A stretch of DNA of 63,327 nt, counting the filler, from Octopus bimaculoides (lineage: Eukaryota): NCBI RefSeq assembly GCF_001194135.2. It is 5 parts of 5 records of this genome, joined end to end, with 100 filler letters (N's around TTAATTAATTAA, not from the genome) between each part and the next. Parts side by side here need not be neighbours in the genome. Positions count along the whole stretch, not along the records: positions 61,477 to 63,327 come from NW_026407933.1; 4 more parts are not named here. One strand, written 5' to 3'. Shown piece after piece: positions 63,293-63,327 of the stretch. The number at the start of each line of letters is the position of its first letter. Position 1 is the first letter of the stretch. Position numbers and translations under genes: made by a program. A model generated the notes under the pieces. It had not been told where the DNA came from. It did not search any database and saw nothing but the letters and a program-made list of their open reading frames with translations.

Positions 63293-63327
<35 letters not shown>
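63043..63327 (+). mobile_element. tRNA-derived SINE with (TTA)n tail
   Basis: tgtggaggcgcgtggcttaatgg (A-box-like), ggtttcgattac (B-box-like), body, then (TTA)n from ~63296. Confidence 0.85.

Overview
AT-rich eukaryotic genomic DNA, rich in microsatellites and retroelements, with many N gaps. The repeat families and the 'ttaattaattaa' spacers inside gaps suggest a cephalopod (Octopus-type) assembly; this is inference. There is one unambiguous intact gene: an intronless H5/H1.0-like linker histone on the minus strand (55977-56546), with TATA and H1 boxes and no 3' histone stem-loop. About 700 bp of its upstream region is duplicated 8.4 kb away without the gene. A second gene, largely missed by the ORF track, can be read from splice signals on the minus strand: three phase 1-1 exons encoding divergent sushi/CCP-like modules (35875-36033, 34184-34330, 25224-25358) and a transmembrane exon (24002-24183), followed by one intact and two decayed extra modules. 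Its 8.8 kb intron holds a pile-up of 5'-truncated R4/Dong-type non-LTR retrotransposons. All are in the same orientation and each is separated by (AAT)n, and a Tx1-like LINE shares the last tract from the opposite strand. A second nest lies at 41-43 kb. The rest comprises tRNA-derived SINEs, maT/mariner/pogo remnants, MITE/foldback elements, a probable solo LTR, a Penelope-like RT with related repeats (one carrying a minimal hammerhead-like motif), an RTE-derived minisatellite, and weak candidate exons at 3-15 kb. All calls come from reading the sequence by eye; no searches were run.
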